64,000 nucleotides of DNA from NCBI GenBank assembly GCA_029939575.1, contig JAOZSR010000003.1:8981-72980 (forward strand), read 5' to 3'. This DNA comes from Fidelibacterota bacterium (GTDB lineage Bacteria; Fidelibacterota; UBA2242; JAOZSR01). The notes beneath the pieces were generated by a model. That model did no database searches and was not told the origin of the DNA. It saw only the letters and a list, made by a program, of their open reading frames with translations. The position numbers were made by a program, and so were the translations under genes. Positions 11,001 to 20,573 of the stretch are shown here, piece by piece. Positions within the stretch are counted from its first letter, which is position 1. Every line of letters starts with the position of its first letter.

Positions 11001-12914
11001 AAGGAATCAGCAAGAATTATTTATAATAGTGGAAATAACCTGCTATCTTTGATTAATGAAATTCTGGATTTGTCTAAAGTCGAGTCCGGGAAAATGGAAG
11101 TATTAGTTGAAAAATTGAAATTGAAAGATATACAATACAGTATGGAATATTTTTTCAGACATCAGGCAGAAGAAAAGGGTATTGCCTTTCATATTAATAT
11201 TGATAACAGATTACCGGAAATTATTCTTACTGATAAAAAGAGGCTGGAGCAGATTATTAGGAATTTGTTATCAAATGCAATAAAATTTACTGAAAAAGGA
11301 AAAATTAGTTTTGATATCAGAAAACCTGAATACTCTACCGGTCTGTTTAATAGTAAATTAGATGTTAATAATTGTATAGAATTTTCCGTTACAGATTCAG
11401 GGGTTGGTATTCCTGAAAAGAAACAATCTATCATATTTGAAGCTTTTCAGCAAGCTGACGGATCTACATCAAGGAAATATGGTGGAACAGGACTGGGACT
11501 TTCAATTACAAAAGAATTATGCAAACTACTGGGAGGTGAAATCCATCTCAATAGTATAGAAAATAAGGGCAGTACATTTTCGGTTTTTTTACCTATAAAA
11601 TTAAAAATTGATAAAGAAGAACAAGTAAATACCGATAGCAATGGAAAACATGAAGTTATTAAGACTAAAAATAGTAAAATTAACATAAATGAAGAAGAGC
11701 AAGTGCTTGAAGATGATCGAAATAATTTATCTGATGATGATAAAATTATTCTGATAATTGAAGATGATTTGAATTTTGCTAAAATAGTATTAGAGATGTG
11801 TAATGAAAAGGGATTTAAATGTATCCATGCTGCCACAGGTGAAGGTGGATTGTTCCTGGCTGGAAAATATTCCTTTGATGCGATTATCCTTGATATCAGG
11901 CTTCCCGGCGTTCAAGGTGCGCAGGTATTAGAAATATTAAAAGATAATTTGAAAACCAGGCATATTCCGGTAATGGTGATGTCTGCGCATGATAAACCGG
12001 AAAAATTGATAAAGAAGGGTGCTTGTGGGTTTTTATCAAAACCAGTATCTGAGGAAAAATTATTTAAAGTATTTGATGAAATTAAAACAAGAATCTCAAA
12101 AAATATAAAAGATTTGCTAATAATAGAAAATGATAAAAATCTGCAAAAAGGAATATGTAATTTGCTTGATTTGCCTCATGTCAAAATTACAGTAACTGAA
12201 AAGGGAAAGAAGGGACTGGATTTAATAAAAACAAAATCTTTTGATTGTGTTATTCTGGATTTAGGTTTGCCTGATATTTCCGGGTATGATATTCTGAAAA
12301 CTGTTAAAAAAGATAAAGATTTACAAGACTTACCAGTTATTATTTATACTGGCCAGGAATTATCAAAAAAGGAGCAATTAAAACTCTATAAATATGCAGA
12401 TTCAGTAATTCAGAAAAAGCAGAATAGTGATGAAAGGCTTCTTGATGAAACAACTCTCTTTTTACATTCGGTTTATGAAGAAATGAATATAAAAAATCGT
12501 CATAAAATTGCAAGTTTGCACGATGCTGATAGTTTTATGAAAGGAAAGAAAGTTCTTATAGTCGATGATGATATGCGCAATCTTTTTGCCTTGACAGAGG
12601 AGTTGGAACTAAAAGGCTTGGAAGTAATCAAAGCCACAAATGGGCAGGAAGCCCTTGATGTTTTAAAAGAAAATCCAAATATTGATATTGTTTTGATGGA
12701 TATTATGATGCCGGTAATGGACGGTTTTGAAGCAATAAAAAAAATCAGGGAAGAACTAAAGTATTCATCGTTACCAATTTTGGCTGTAACTGCCAAGGCT
12801 ATGGAAGAAGATAGACAAAAATGTATTGATATCGGGGCAAATGATTTTCTAAGTAAACCATTAGAAATTGAATTATTGTTTTCTATGATGCGTGTTTGGA
12901 TAAAAAAGGATTAA
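8061..12914 (+). CDS. Giant hybrid sensor histidine kinase with a periplasmic sensor, multiple HAMP domains, a Cys-rich PAS-like segment, GAF, coiled coil, HisKA, HATPase and three receiver domains
   Basis: Two TM segments flank a ~300-aa extracytoplasmic domain. There are at least five HAMP-like repeats (IGDLTKEK..., ALGDFKSNLEIRSDKDDL..., AWGDYDTDVKIRSENDQL..., SLGDLDINQNLLGSENDL..., VAGDYNFKIKENSYKDEL...). GAF domain (QVGALYIVNDKEIKLMGSYAF). Coiled coil QQEELKSSNEELQSTNERIKLQQEELRISNEELEDK. HisKA H-box (FLANMSHELRSPLN). HATPase G-box (GGTGLGLSITKELCKLLGGEI). REC1 (ILIIEDD...ILDIRLPG), REC2 (LLIIENDKN...ILDLGLPD) and REC3 (VLIVDDD...LMDIMMPVMDG...SKPL). Confidence 0.85.
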   Translation: MKLSFLKEIFRSKLGRSILLTFFLIGITPIAIVNTINYLHMRTIVQNQVADLLQELANKSIMDINYHFNRLILNLNLRAESGDNVEILKAFTRAFKKSNISLERFVKSPQWAKISTEKCADLKAINEGKGYYDIFLIDTEGNILFSIKKESDLGTNLFNGKYSQTKFSKACKKVFNTGKPAYSDLEFYEPSGNEPVGFVIDIMYDDLGNRIGFIAFQIDIEQLNNFVQYESGRYSSFDTYLLGTDLKMRSNSLLDSVDNILKYKVSNTLTQQFEKEFQTQPEQIFEKTEALFYNGRKGYKVLGIYSYLEITGIPFILISEIKKSEIFYDLNNIKLFFIASLGMIIIFIFFLTIYQIKTIVIPIIKLSDWAKRVAIGDLTKEKILSPKNEIGEMANSFDMVVDSFWAISQVCQDIALGDFKSNLEIRSDKDDLSRYVNQMSEMLQDAILQAHKIAWGDYDTDVKIRSENDQLGKALEQMTITLKNASIETKSKLEYLNNIPTPFFVIDKEYNVLFITEFGADFIGKPIEKCVEQKCYNLFNTGLCHSEKCPAKQAMDQNSVIIADTISCPFAEKVISIRSTAAPLKDENNNIIGAMEYMIDTSVEQKVAEIAERISLGDLDINQNLLGSENDLDVALKRMIDRFKSITNATKKIVAGDYNFKIKENSYKDELARSINQMADTLKEKDIGIRETIWLNDVQLGLAEILDGVNNYVDISREISKYLCKKLDAQVGALYIVNDKEIKLMGSYAFNIRKQINDSFKVGEGLLGEVVLEKETILLENAPEDYFKISSGLGSSLPKNIIVSPFIFNNQVLGVIELGSFKTFPPKSIKLLNIISETVAVELDQISKQKKLHDLLEKTQIQSEKLQLQQEELKSSNEELQSTNERIKLQQEELRISNEELEDKTRSLEINKKEVEKKNRALERVRVELEKKAKELETSSKYKSEFLANMSHELRSPLNSLLLLAKALSRNSTGNLTEKQKESARIIYNSGNNLLSLINEILDLSKVESGKMEVLVEKLKLKDIQYSMEYFFRHQAEEKGIAFHINIDNRLPEIILTDKKRLEQIIRNLLSNAIKFTEKGKISFDIRKPEYSTGLFNSKLDVNNCIEFSVTDSGVGIPEKKQSIIFEAFQQADGSTSRKYGGTGLGLSITKELCKLLGGEIHLNSIENKGSTFSVFLPIKLKIDKEEQVNTDSNGKHEVIKTKNSKININEEEQVLEDDRNNLSDDDKIILIIEDDLNFAKIVLEMCNEKGFKCIHAATGEGGLFLAGKYSFDAIILDIRLPGVQGAQVLEILKDNLKTRHIPVMVMSAHDKPEKLIKKGACGFLSKPVSEEKLFKVFDEIKTRISKNIKDLLIIENDKNLQKGICNLLDLPHVKITVTEKGKKGLDLIKTKSFDCVILDLGLPDISGYDILKTVKKDKDLQDLPVIIYTGQELSKKEQLKLYKYADSVIQKKQNSDERLLDETTLFLHSVYEEMNIKNRHKIASLHDADSFMKGKKVLIVDDDMRNLFALTEELELKGLEVIKATNGQEALDVLKENPNIDIVLMDIMMPVMDGFEAIKKIREELKYSSLPILAVTAKAMEEDRQKCIDIGANDFLSKPLEIELLFSMMRVWIKKD

Positions 12915-12918
12915 TAAA

Positions 12919-13578
12919 ATGGATAAAGAACAGGAAAAAAAGCCGGAAATTCTAATAGTTGATGATAGGGAAGAAAATTTATTTTCCCTGGAAATATTGT
13001 TGGAACAGTTTGATGTTGATTTAGTACGGGCAATGTCAGGACAGGAGGCTGTGAGTAAATGTTTGCGTAAGAATTTTGCACTTATTTTACTTGACGTGCA
13101 AATGCCTGGAATGGATGGATTTACTGCGGCTGAATATATTAAGAAAGACAAGATGAATGAAAATACACCAATTTTGTTTTTATCCGCAATATATACTGAA
13201 GAAGCCTATAAAATCAAAGGTGTTAAATCAGGTGGGATTGATTTTCTCACTAAACCATTGAATGAAGATATTTTACTTGGCAAAATAAGCCTGTTTCTAA
13301 AAATATATAATCAGCAAAAAGCACTTGAAATGAAGAATGTTGAATTAAAGGAGGCATTAGAGAATATTAAAACACTTAAGGGAATTGTCCCAATATGTTC
13401 ATCGTGTAAAAAAATTAGGAACGATGACGGATACTGGGAGAGAGTAGAGGCCTATATTAGTGAACATTCAGAAGCGGTCTTTTCTCATGGGATTTGTCCT
13501 GATTGTATAGAAAAATTATATCCCGATTTAGTCAAAAAAAATCCCAGTTTAATTAAACCTCAAATCAAAAAGGATTAA
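12919..13578 (+). CDS. Response regulator: receiver domain plus a C-terminal Cys4 (CxxC...CxxC) zinc-ribbon-like domain
   Basis: REC motifs (ILIVDDREENL, LILLDVQMPGMDG, TKPL). C-terminal PICSSCKKIRNDDGYWERVEAYISEHSEAVFSHGICPDC. Starts 5 nt after the kinase stop. Confidence 0.8.
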   Translation: MDKEQEKKPEILIVDDREENLFSLEILLEQFDVDLVRAMSGQEAVSKCLRKNFALILLDVQMPGMDGFTAAEYIKKDKMNENTPILFLSAIYTEEAYKIKGVKSGGIDFLTKPLNEDILLGKISLFLKIYNQQKALEMKNVELKEALENIKTLKGIVPICSSCKKIRNDDGYWERVEAYISEHSEAVFSHGICPDCIEKLYPDLVKKNPSLIKPQIKKD

Positions 13579-13579
13579 C

Positions 13580-14425
13580 TTGGATAATTACGGAAATGAA
13601 ATTGAAGATATTGAAGTTAATTTAGTAATTGATGCCATATTTCAAAGTTATGGCTATGATTTTAAAAATTATTTCAGAGCCTCTTTTACAAGAAGATTGA
13701 GAAACTTTAAGGTTTTGAATAATTTTAATCATATTAGTGATATTATCCCTTTTATTTTGTATGATTCCGGCAATTTTAATAAATTGTTGAATGCTATTTC
13801 CGTTACTGTGACTGAAATGTTTAGAGATCCCTTTATATATAAATATATCAGGGAAAAAGTAATACCTTACTTAAATACTTATCCCACGATTAATATTTGG
13901 GTTGCCGGTTGTGCTACCGGAGAAGAGGCTTATTCCATTGCTATCCTTTTAAAAGAAGAAAACATTCTTGATAAAGTAAATATTTACGCTACTGATATTA
14001 ATACTAATTCTCTTGATATCGCTAAAGAGGGAGTGTATTCCAGTGAAGAAATGAAATTAAGTACCAGAAATTATCAACGGAGCGGAGCGAATAGGTCATT
14101 TTCAGAATATTACCATACAAATTATGGTAATTCAATACTAAACAAGGAATTAAGGGAGAAAATTATTTTTAATCAGCATAACCTGGTATCTGATGCTTCT
14201 TTTAATGAAATGCATTTTATAATCTGCAGAAATGTTTTAATCTACTTTAATAAGAAATTACAAAACAGGGTGATAGGACTATTTAATGATAGTTTGATTC
14301 ATAATGGATTTCTATGTCTTGGAACTAAAGAGGATATAAGATATTCAGATTACGCAGAGAAATTTATTGTGAAAGGTAGAGAAGAAAGAATATTTCAAAA
14401 AAAGCAACAAGATGTCGAATTATAA
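13580..14425 (+). CDS. cheR: CheR-type protein-glutamate O-methyltransferase
   Basis: SAM-binding CheR core (INIWVAGCATGEEAYSIAILLKE...IYATDINTNSLDIAKEGVY...NVLIYFNKKLQNRVIGLF). Confidence 0.8.
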   Translation: MDNYGNEIEDIEVNLVIDAIFQSYGYDFKNYFRASFTRRLRNFKVLNNFNHISDIIPFILYDSGNFNKLLNAISVTVTEMFRDPFIYKYIREKVIPYLNTYPTINIWVAGCATGEEAYSIAILLKEENILDKVNIYATDINTNSLDIAKEGVYSSEEMKLSTRNYQRSGANRSFSEYYHTNYGNSILNKELREKIIFNQHNLVSDASFNEMHFIICRNVLIYFNKKLQNRVIGLFNDSLIHNGFLCLGTKEDIRYSDYAEKFIVKGREERIFQKKQQDVEL

Positions 14426-14990
14426 GGCCATAGTAATCGGAGCATCTCTTGGTGGATTTGATGTAATTCTAAAAATTATTGCCCCTTTACCAAAGAATTT
14501 CTCAATACCAATAGTTATTGTCCAGCATTTATCACCAGATCATATTATTGGGGATAAATACAATTTATTAAATACCAGATTTAAGTTAAATGCGAAAGAA
14601 GCGGAGTTGTTTGAAATATTAAAAGCCGGAAATGTATATTTCGCCCCAGCGGGATATCATTTATTAATTGAAAAAAACAGGTCTTTTTCTTTGAATGTTG
14701 ACGAAAAAGTAATGTATAGCCGTCCGGCAATAGATGTGCTTTTTGAAACTGCTGCTGAAGCCTTTGGAAATTCATTGATTGGAATAATTCTAACCGGAGC
14801 AAATAGGGATGGTACTAATGGAATAATCAAAATAAAGGAATTTGGTGGTCTGACAATTGCCCAGGATCCCAAAACCGCTTTAAGTCCTGAAATGGTCGAA
14901 TCTGCAATTGATAGTGGAAAAATTGATCATATATTAACACCAACAGAAATATATAATTTTATTATGCAATTTGCTGATGCAAAAAATTAA
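14412..14990 (+). CDS. cheB: CheB-type protein-glutamate methylesterase, catalytic domain only
   Basis: KAIVIGASLGGFDVILKII, PIVIVQHLSPD, RPAIDVLFETAAEAFGNSLIGIILTGANRDGTNGIIKIKEFGGLTIAQDP. Overlaps the cheR stop by 14 nt. Confidence 0.8.
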   Translation: MSNYKAIVIGASLGGFDVILKIIAPLPKNFSIPIVIVQHLSPDHIIGDKYNLLNTRFKLNAKEAELFEILKAGNVYFAPAGYHLLIEKNRSFSLNVDEKVMYSRPAIDVLFETAAEAFGNSLIGIILTGANRDGTNGIIKIKEFGGLTIAQDPKTALSPEMVESAIDSGKIDHILTPTEIYNFIMQFADAKN

Positions 14991-15019
14991 TCACCGGACT
15001 GGTTTGTTTGCACAACATA

Positions 15020-18000
15020 CTATTTTTTGAGATTTTGTAGCCGTTTTTTTGCATCAATTATTTGGATGGAACTTTTTGGGGCTTTTTTCCATAAATCAAG
15101 GAATTTTTCATAATGTCGGATGGCCTTTGAGTTTTGGTCATTTTTTTCATAGACCTTTCCAATTTCATAATGTAGAGTTGGATGAATTAGTCTGAGATCA
15201 TTCCGATCAGGATTTAGTGATACTATTTTTTCATATTCAGTAAGCGCTAATTCAATATCATCGTTTTCGAGATAGGCCAGGGCTAAGACATTTTTATCGG
15301 GAAAATTATAGACTATAAATTCGTTCGCCCTAGTAGGTGCCTGTATTTTAATTTTATTTTTTGACTGATAAAATTTGATAGCTGTTTTTGCAGAGCCAAG
15401 ATCAATCATGCGCTGGGCAAAGATATTATAATAAAAATAGAGAGCCCATTCTTTACCTGTTCGTAAATTAAAGATTAAGGAAGAATTATTTTGAGCTTTT
15501 TGCAAAATCTCTTCCAGATTAAAATTTTCAACATTGGTTAACATATTAAAAACAATATAGAAAACCTTAGTATAAGCACTTTTATCATTATTAATATAAT
15601 TCTCAATTTTGCTGAAATAAAAGTCACTTTTTTCCATATTTCCAATATCCTGATAAAACATAAATAATTGAAAATTTGATAATACAATTCTATATGTATT
15701 ATTGAGTTCGGTAAATAATTCTATCGATTTTTCTACATCCTGTACCGATTCTTCATATTTCCCAATCCAATAGTTAATAAATCCTCTTAACTGGTAGCGC
15801 TCGGCTTTGTGACCTGTAGTTTTTCCTAAAGTAATAGACAGGTTAATCCATTCAATTGATTTATCATATTCTTCTTGCAGGGCATACATATAGCCAATTT
15901 TATATTCTGAAAATCCTGGTGCCAGCCTGGAAGCGTCTTTGTATTTTTCGATCGCATCTTCGATTCGACCCATTGTATAAAAAATATCAGCCATTGTATC
16001 GTGGGGATTTGCGTCATTTGGATAAAGTTTCATATATTTTTTTGTAAATTCCAGCGCCTTATCATAGTCCAGGATTTCAGGCCTGAGATAATAATAAATC
16101 AACCTATTAATTACAGGTCCAAAATCAGGATCAAGTTCGAGTGCTTTATTTAATTCCTCAATCGCTCTTTTATCTCCAATATTTAAATAGGTTACACCAA
16201 GATTATAATGTATAATTTTATCATTGGGATATTCTTCTACACACTGTTCCAAAAGTTGTAAACTTGCTTTTAAATCATTTTTAATAACAGCATTGTAAGC
16301 GGCATCAATTAGTAGTTTTTCTTTTCCAACAAGGTTTTTTGAAAATTTCTTGGATTTTTCAATTGATGATATTTGTTTTTTTACATTGCCGATTGCACCA
16401 TAAATTTGACTCAGAAATAAATGTGCAGAGGCAAAAGTAGAATCGAGTTCGATAGCTTTTTCCATGTAATTTAGGGCTTCATCATAATAGGCCAGGTACA
16501 TACTTTCCTGCCCTTTAATATAATTTTCATAAGCCTCAATTGATTTTGTTGTCATGTTGGATATTGTTATCTGCTCTTCCTGCTCTCTTGTGATTCCGAT
16601 TTTTTGAACAACTTTTTCAGTAAGTTGGTCAACCATTGTAAAAAGATCGTCGATTTTGTTTCCATCTACCTGCTCGGAACTGATATTCCTTCCGGTTGCA
16701 ACGTCAGATAATTGAGCATTTATCCTGATGCGGTTTCCTATTTCAATAATACTACCCAACATCATTATTTTTACATTGGCTTCTTTTGCGACTTCTGTTG
16801 CCACTTCACGGTCGATTAGTTTGACCTTATCCTTACCTGTGTTTTTTAGAATATCGAATAAACGTTGACTGCTTACAACTTCCAATTCACTAAAACGTGA
16901 TAGGTTTGTGATAAGCATATCAACCAGAATTTTTTCCAAATCTTTTCTATCTGTTCGATTCTCAAAATACATGACGGCGATGGATCTCTCTGAAAGGTCT
17001 ATCTGGGGGGAAGCCTTTTTTTCAAATAGGTTGGAAAGTGTCAGGGTCAGGGCAATTATTACCAACACAAGTACTGATGCCGTGATAATTAATTTTTTTC
17101 GTTTTTGAGGAGTTAAAATAATTGTAGTTGAATCATGAAGAGTTTTATCGTCCTGTTTTTTTTCTGGTTGCATATTTATTACGGAAGATGAAAGATTTTG
17201 TGTTTTGGAAATTTTTTCCGAATCTCTTTTTAATCTTTTAATTTCTGCTAAAAAATCTTCCATTCGTTGGTATCGGTATTCACATTCCTTATCTAATGAC
17301 CGCTTGATAATGCTGGAAAATTCCATTGGTAAATCAGGAATAAAATCCTGAAGTGATTCCGGTTCATTGTTAATAATAGAATAAAGTAATGCCTGAGGAT
17401 AGTCGCCACGAAAAGGTAATGAACCGACGAGCATTTCATAATATAATATACCAAGTGACCAAATGTCGGAGCGGTGATCAACTTTTCCGCCGGTAGCTTG
17501 TTCGGGAGACATATATGCCACAGTTCCCATTGTAGAACCATCGGTAGTCATATCAATACCAGCAAATTTGGCTAATCCAAAATCTAATATTTTTACTACA
17601 CCGTCTTCGGTTATTATGATATTCCCCGGTTTTATATCCCGATGGATTATACCTTTTGAATGGGCTTTGTTTAATCCTTCTGCAATTTGAGTGGAAATAT
17701 CCAGGGTTTCCTTAATATCGAGATGACCGTTTTTAATTTTTTCTTTTAGAGTCTGACCTTGGTAATAGGCCATGGCGATATATAATTCCCCATTATCAGT
17801 TTTATTAATTTCGTAAATTGTGCAAATATTCGGATGATCCAGGGCGGATGCTGTTTTGGCTTCCTGAATAAAACGTTTTTCTTTTTCTTTGTCCTCCAGG
17901 AATTTTGATGGTAAAAATTTTAAAGCAACTGTCCGACCTAATTTTAAATCTACAGCTTTATAGACAACTCCCATCCCACCTTCGCCAAGGTGTTCAGTAA

Positions 18001-18031
18001 TTTTATAATGAGATATCTTTTTTCCGATCAT
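15020..18031 (-). CDS. Hanks-type Ser/Thr protein kinase with one TM segment and a long extracytoplasmic TPR-repeat domain
   Basis: GEGGMGVVYKA...ALK, HRDIKPGNIII, DFGLA, SPE. Hydrophobic segment LIITASVLVLVIIALTLTL. Many TPR-like AYxxxG repeats toward the C-terminus. Confidence 0.85.
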   Translation of the reverse strand: MIGKKISHYKITEHLGEGGMGVVYKAVDLKLGRTVALKFLPSKFLEDKEKEKRFIQEAKTASALDHPNICTIYEINKTDNGELYIAMAYYQGQTLKEKIKNGHLDIKETLDISTQIAEGLNKAHSKGIIHRDIKPGNIIITEDGVVKILDFGLAKFAGIDMTTDGSTMGTVAYMSPEQATGGKVDHRSDIWSLGILYYEMLVGSLPFRGDYPQALLYSIINNEPESLQDFIPDLPMEFSSIIKRSLDKECEYRYQRMEDFLAEIKRLKRDSEKISKTQNLSSSVINMQPEKKQDDKTLHDSTTIILTPQKRKKLIITASVLVLVIIALTLTLSNLFEKKASPQIDLSERSIAVMYFENRTDRKDLEKILVDMLITNLSRFSELEVVSSQRLFDILKNTGKDKVKLIDREVATEVAKEANVKIMMLGSIIEIGNRIRINAQLSDVATGRNISSEQVDGNKIDDLFTMVDQLTEKVVQKIGITREQEEQITISNMTTKSIEAYENYIKGQESMYLAYYDEALNYMEKAIELDSTFASAHLFLSQIYGAIGNVKKQISSIEKSKKFSKNLVGKEKLLIDAAYNAVIKNDLKASLQLLEQCVEEYPNDKIIHYNLGVTYLNIGDKRAIEELNKALELDPDFGPVINRLIYYYLRPEILDYDKALEFTKKYMKLYPNDANPHDTMADIFYTMGRIEDAIEKYKDASRLAPGFSEYKIGYMYALQEEYDKSIEWINLSITLGKTTGHKAERYQLRGFINYWIGKYEESVQDVEKSIELFTELNNTYRIVLSNFQLFMFYQDIGNMEKSDFYFSKIENYINNDKSAYTKVFYIVFNMLTNVENFNLEEILQKAQNNSSLIFNLRTGKEWALYFYYNIFAQRMIDLGSAKTAIKFYQSKNKIKIQAPTRANEFIVYNFPDKNVLALAYLENDDIELALTEYEKIVSLNPDRNDLRLIHPTLHYEIGKVYEKNDQNSKAIRHYEKFLDLWKKAPKSSIQIIDAKKRLQNLKK

Positions 18032-18162
18032 TTTTTTTAAATCTAATTAATTAAAATTCAAAGTTGACTGCCAAAAGTCAGTTATCAAATGGATTTAAAC
18101 CTAATTATTAACTCAGATACTAAAACACAGATTAATAAATTATTTTTTACATTTTAAATCAT

Positions 18163-19461
18163 TTAAGATTTTAGTTGATTCCTTTTAACAACCAATAGGG
18201 TCATATCATCTTGCTGGAAATCATTGCTTGTAAAGTTTTTGACTTCTTTTATTATTTTGTCAATTATTTCCTGTGAGGTTTTATTACTATATTTTTTTAT
18301 AACTTCTTCTAACCGCCATTCATCAAAATCCTCTTCTTCCGGATTCACAGCCTCAGTAATACCATCAGAATATATAACCAAAATATCACCCGGCCGCATA
18401 CTGATAATTTCTTCTTCATAATTAGAATGTTCCAGGAAACCGAGGACAGTACCACCAACATCAAGTTTATTTATTTTCCCATTATCCGATAAATACATTG
18501 GTGGTGTATGACCGGCGATTGAATATGTAAGTTTGTTGGTTTTTGTATTTAAAACAGCATAAAATAGGGTGGCAAATTTTTGAATATCTGTGCTGTGGAA
18601 TAGAAATTTGTTGGATCTCATCAGACATTCAGAACATGATAATGTAGAAAACGCCTGACCCCGTAATGTTGCCTGTAGATTAGCCATTAATAATGATGCT
18701 GGAATGCCTTTGCCTGAAATATCTCCCAGGCAAAAGGCCAGATTGTCTTCGTCAATGGAAATAAAATCGTAATAGTCACCACCAACTTCTTTGGCCGGTT
18801 CACTAAATCCTGCAATGTCGTAACCGTCGATTTTGGGATGTTCTTTAGGGAGTAGTTGGTTTTGAATTTCGTGAGCTACCAGCAGATCTTCTTCGATTGA
18901 CCTTAATTCCTGTTCTTTTTTGTATAATCGGGTACTCTCAATTACCTGTGCAGATTGAGCTGCAATTATTGAGAGTATTCTCTGGTCTGATTGTGTGAAG
19001 CCATTTGATGTGCGTTTATTGAATAAATTCAGACAGCCAATCATATTGCCTTGTACATATAATGGTACGCTTAATAAGGATTTGATAGAAAAATCCATTT
19101 TTCCGATAATTTTAAAACGTGTGTCTGACTGAAAATCATTTACTAAAAGAGCTTTTTTATTCTGCAACATCCAGCCGGAAAGTTGAACACCAAAATGATA
19201 GGGAACTTTTGATTCGGACTTATCCATTTTTCTGATCATTGTCTGAAAGGGTTTGTCCGAAGATTCGTCATCCAAAAGCATGATTACGCCTTGTTGTACA
19301 TTTAAATTCTTAACGCATTTATGAACAATTAAATCCACTACCTGGTCCAATTCCCAGACGCCACTAATAGCAGTTGCGATATCATTTAGAATAGAAAGTT
19401 CCTGAACCGCTTCCCGCAGTCGCTGAACTTCCAACTTATCTCTGTTCATTTCCATTGACAA
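18163..19461 (-). CDS. GAF-domain PP2C-type serine phosphatase (RsbU/SpoIIE-like)
   Basis: N-terminal GAF. PPM core GGDYYDFISIDEDNLAFCLGDISGKGIPASLLMANL...SDGITEA...DDMTLLVV. Confidence 0.8.
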   Translation of the reverse strand: MSMEMNRDKLEVQRLREAVQELSILNDIATAISGVWELDQVVDLIVHKCVKNLNVQQGVIMLLDDESSDKPFQTMIRKMDKSESKVPYHFGVQLSGWMLQNKKALLVNDFQSDTRFKIIGKMDFSIKSLLSVPLYVQGNMIGCLNLFNKRTSNGFTQSDQRILSIIAAQSAQVIESTRLYKKEQELRSIEEDLLVAHEIQNQLLPKEHPKIDGYDIAGFSEPAKEVGGDYYDFISIDEDNLAFCLGDISGKGIPASLLMANLQATLRGQAFSTLSCSECLMRSNKFLFHSTDIQKFATLFYAVLNTKTNKLTYSIAGHTPPMYLSDNGKINKLDVGGTVLGFLEHSNYEEEIISMRPGDILVIYSDGITEAVNPEEEDFDEWRLEEVIKKYSNKTSQEIIDKIIKEVKNFTSNDFQQDDMTLLVVKRNQLKS

Positions 19462-19473
19462 ACAGGTTTCACT

Positions 19474-19827
19474 TTATTCAGCTGTTTTGGTATCTGTAGC
19501 AAAAGCGTCAATTGCTTCCTGAACAGTATCATAGGTAGCAAAGACCTCTCTTAATTTCATTTGGTAAATCAGACTGTAAATTTTTCGTGATGGTCTGGCA
19601 ATTTTCAAATCACCGTTCACACTATTCAAGGAAGTATAAGAAGCCATTAGTGCACCCAGACCGGTACTGCTGAACCATTTAATTTTACCAATATCCACGA
19701 TGATTTTTTTCTTACCCTGCTCAATTAAATTTTTAATATAAGGATGAATATCAATTTTTACATTAATCATTTGTCCCGATAAAATTAATATTGTTACATC
19801 GCCCTCTTGTTGTTCTTCAATTTTCAT
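19474..19827 (-). CDS. STAS-domain anti-sigma-factor antagonist (SpoIIAA/RsbV-like)
   Basis: 117 aa. VTILILSGQM...IIVDIGKIKWFSSTGLGAL (the phospho-accepting Ser lies in the SSTG region). Confidence 0.75.
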   Translation of the reverse strand: MKIEEQQEGDVTILILSGQMINVKIDIHPYIKNLIEQGKKKIIVDIGKIKWFSSTGLGALMASYTSLNSVNGDLKIARPSRKIYSLIYQMKLREVFATYDTVQEAIDAFATDTKTAE

Positions 19828-20147
19828 TGTTTTCTCCGGTTAATTTTTTAGCAGACTGAACTTTTTAAGATGGAAATCAAATTGAGCTCAGAATGCAATG
19901 ATCTACTTATTAAAAAAAAATTACTATAGACACAGATATGTATTTTTTTTATCTGCATCGATTGGTTTGTAAAAGTAAATATTATGTCATTAAGGGTATA
20001 AATAAAGAATCCAGTTGTTAATAATAAAATTCTTAGTACTATTTATTCTTCAGAATGACAGTTTTTGGTTTTTTTCAAGACTTTCTATGTTAATTTCAAA
20101 GATCTGTTAATGAATAATATTTTTATTATTTCATGTAATTTATGTAA

Positions 20148-20573
20148 CTATTTATTATTTTCAGTACAAAATTTTCTTATCAGGGTTACTATATTTTTCC
20201 CATTTATTCTTTCATATACAACATCATCTACAACAGTTTTTATTAACGGAATACCTAGTTTTCCAGCACTATATTGCAAAAAATCCTGATGAGTATTAAA
20301 AGCATTAATATTTTCAAAATCAATCAGGTCACCTTTATTAATAATTTTAGCAACGATTTCTTCATCTTCAAAATAAAGAATTAATTCAGAATTGTTTTCA
20401 CCTGGTTCATCTTTACTGTATTGGATAGCGTTTGTATAGGCTTCGCCTATGGCAACGGAGTAAACATCGGCCTCTTCCTCTTTCATTCCGTGCTGAATAC
20501 ATAAAAAATGGACGAAATCCCAGGTTCTTTCCAATAATGATTCGTCTCCTTTTATTCTAACCGAATAACCCAT
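20148..20573 (-). CDS. RsbW/SpoIIAB-like anti-sigma regulatory Ser kinase (HATPase_c)
   Basis: 141 aa. AIGEAYTNAIQYS N-box-like motif. Size and position next to the STAS gene. Confidence 0.6.
   Translation of the reverse strand: MGYSVRIKGDESLLERTWDFVHFLCIQHGMKEEEADVYSVAIGEAYTNAIQYSKDEPGENNSELILYFEDEEIVAKIINKGDLIDFENINAFNTHQDFLQYSAGKLGIPLIKTVVDDVVYERINGKNIVTLIRKFCTENNK

Noticed and set aside
10658-11836. Several 74-129-aa minus-strand ORFs inside the histidine kinase gene
   Set aside because: These are Ser/Leu-rich antisense translations of the Glu/Lys-rich coiled-coil coding region. They are an artefact of AT-rich repetitive codons.
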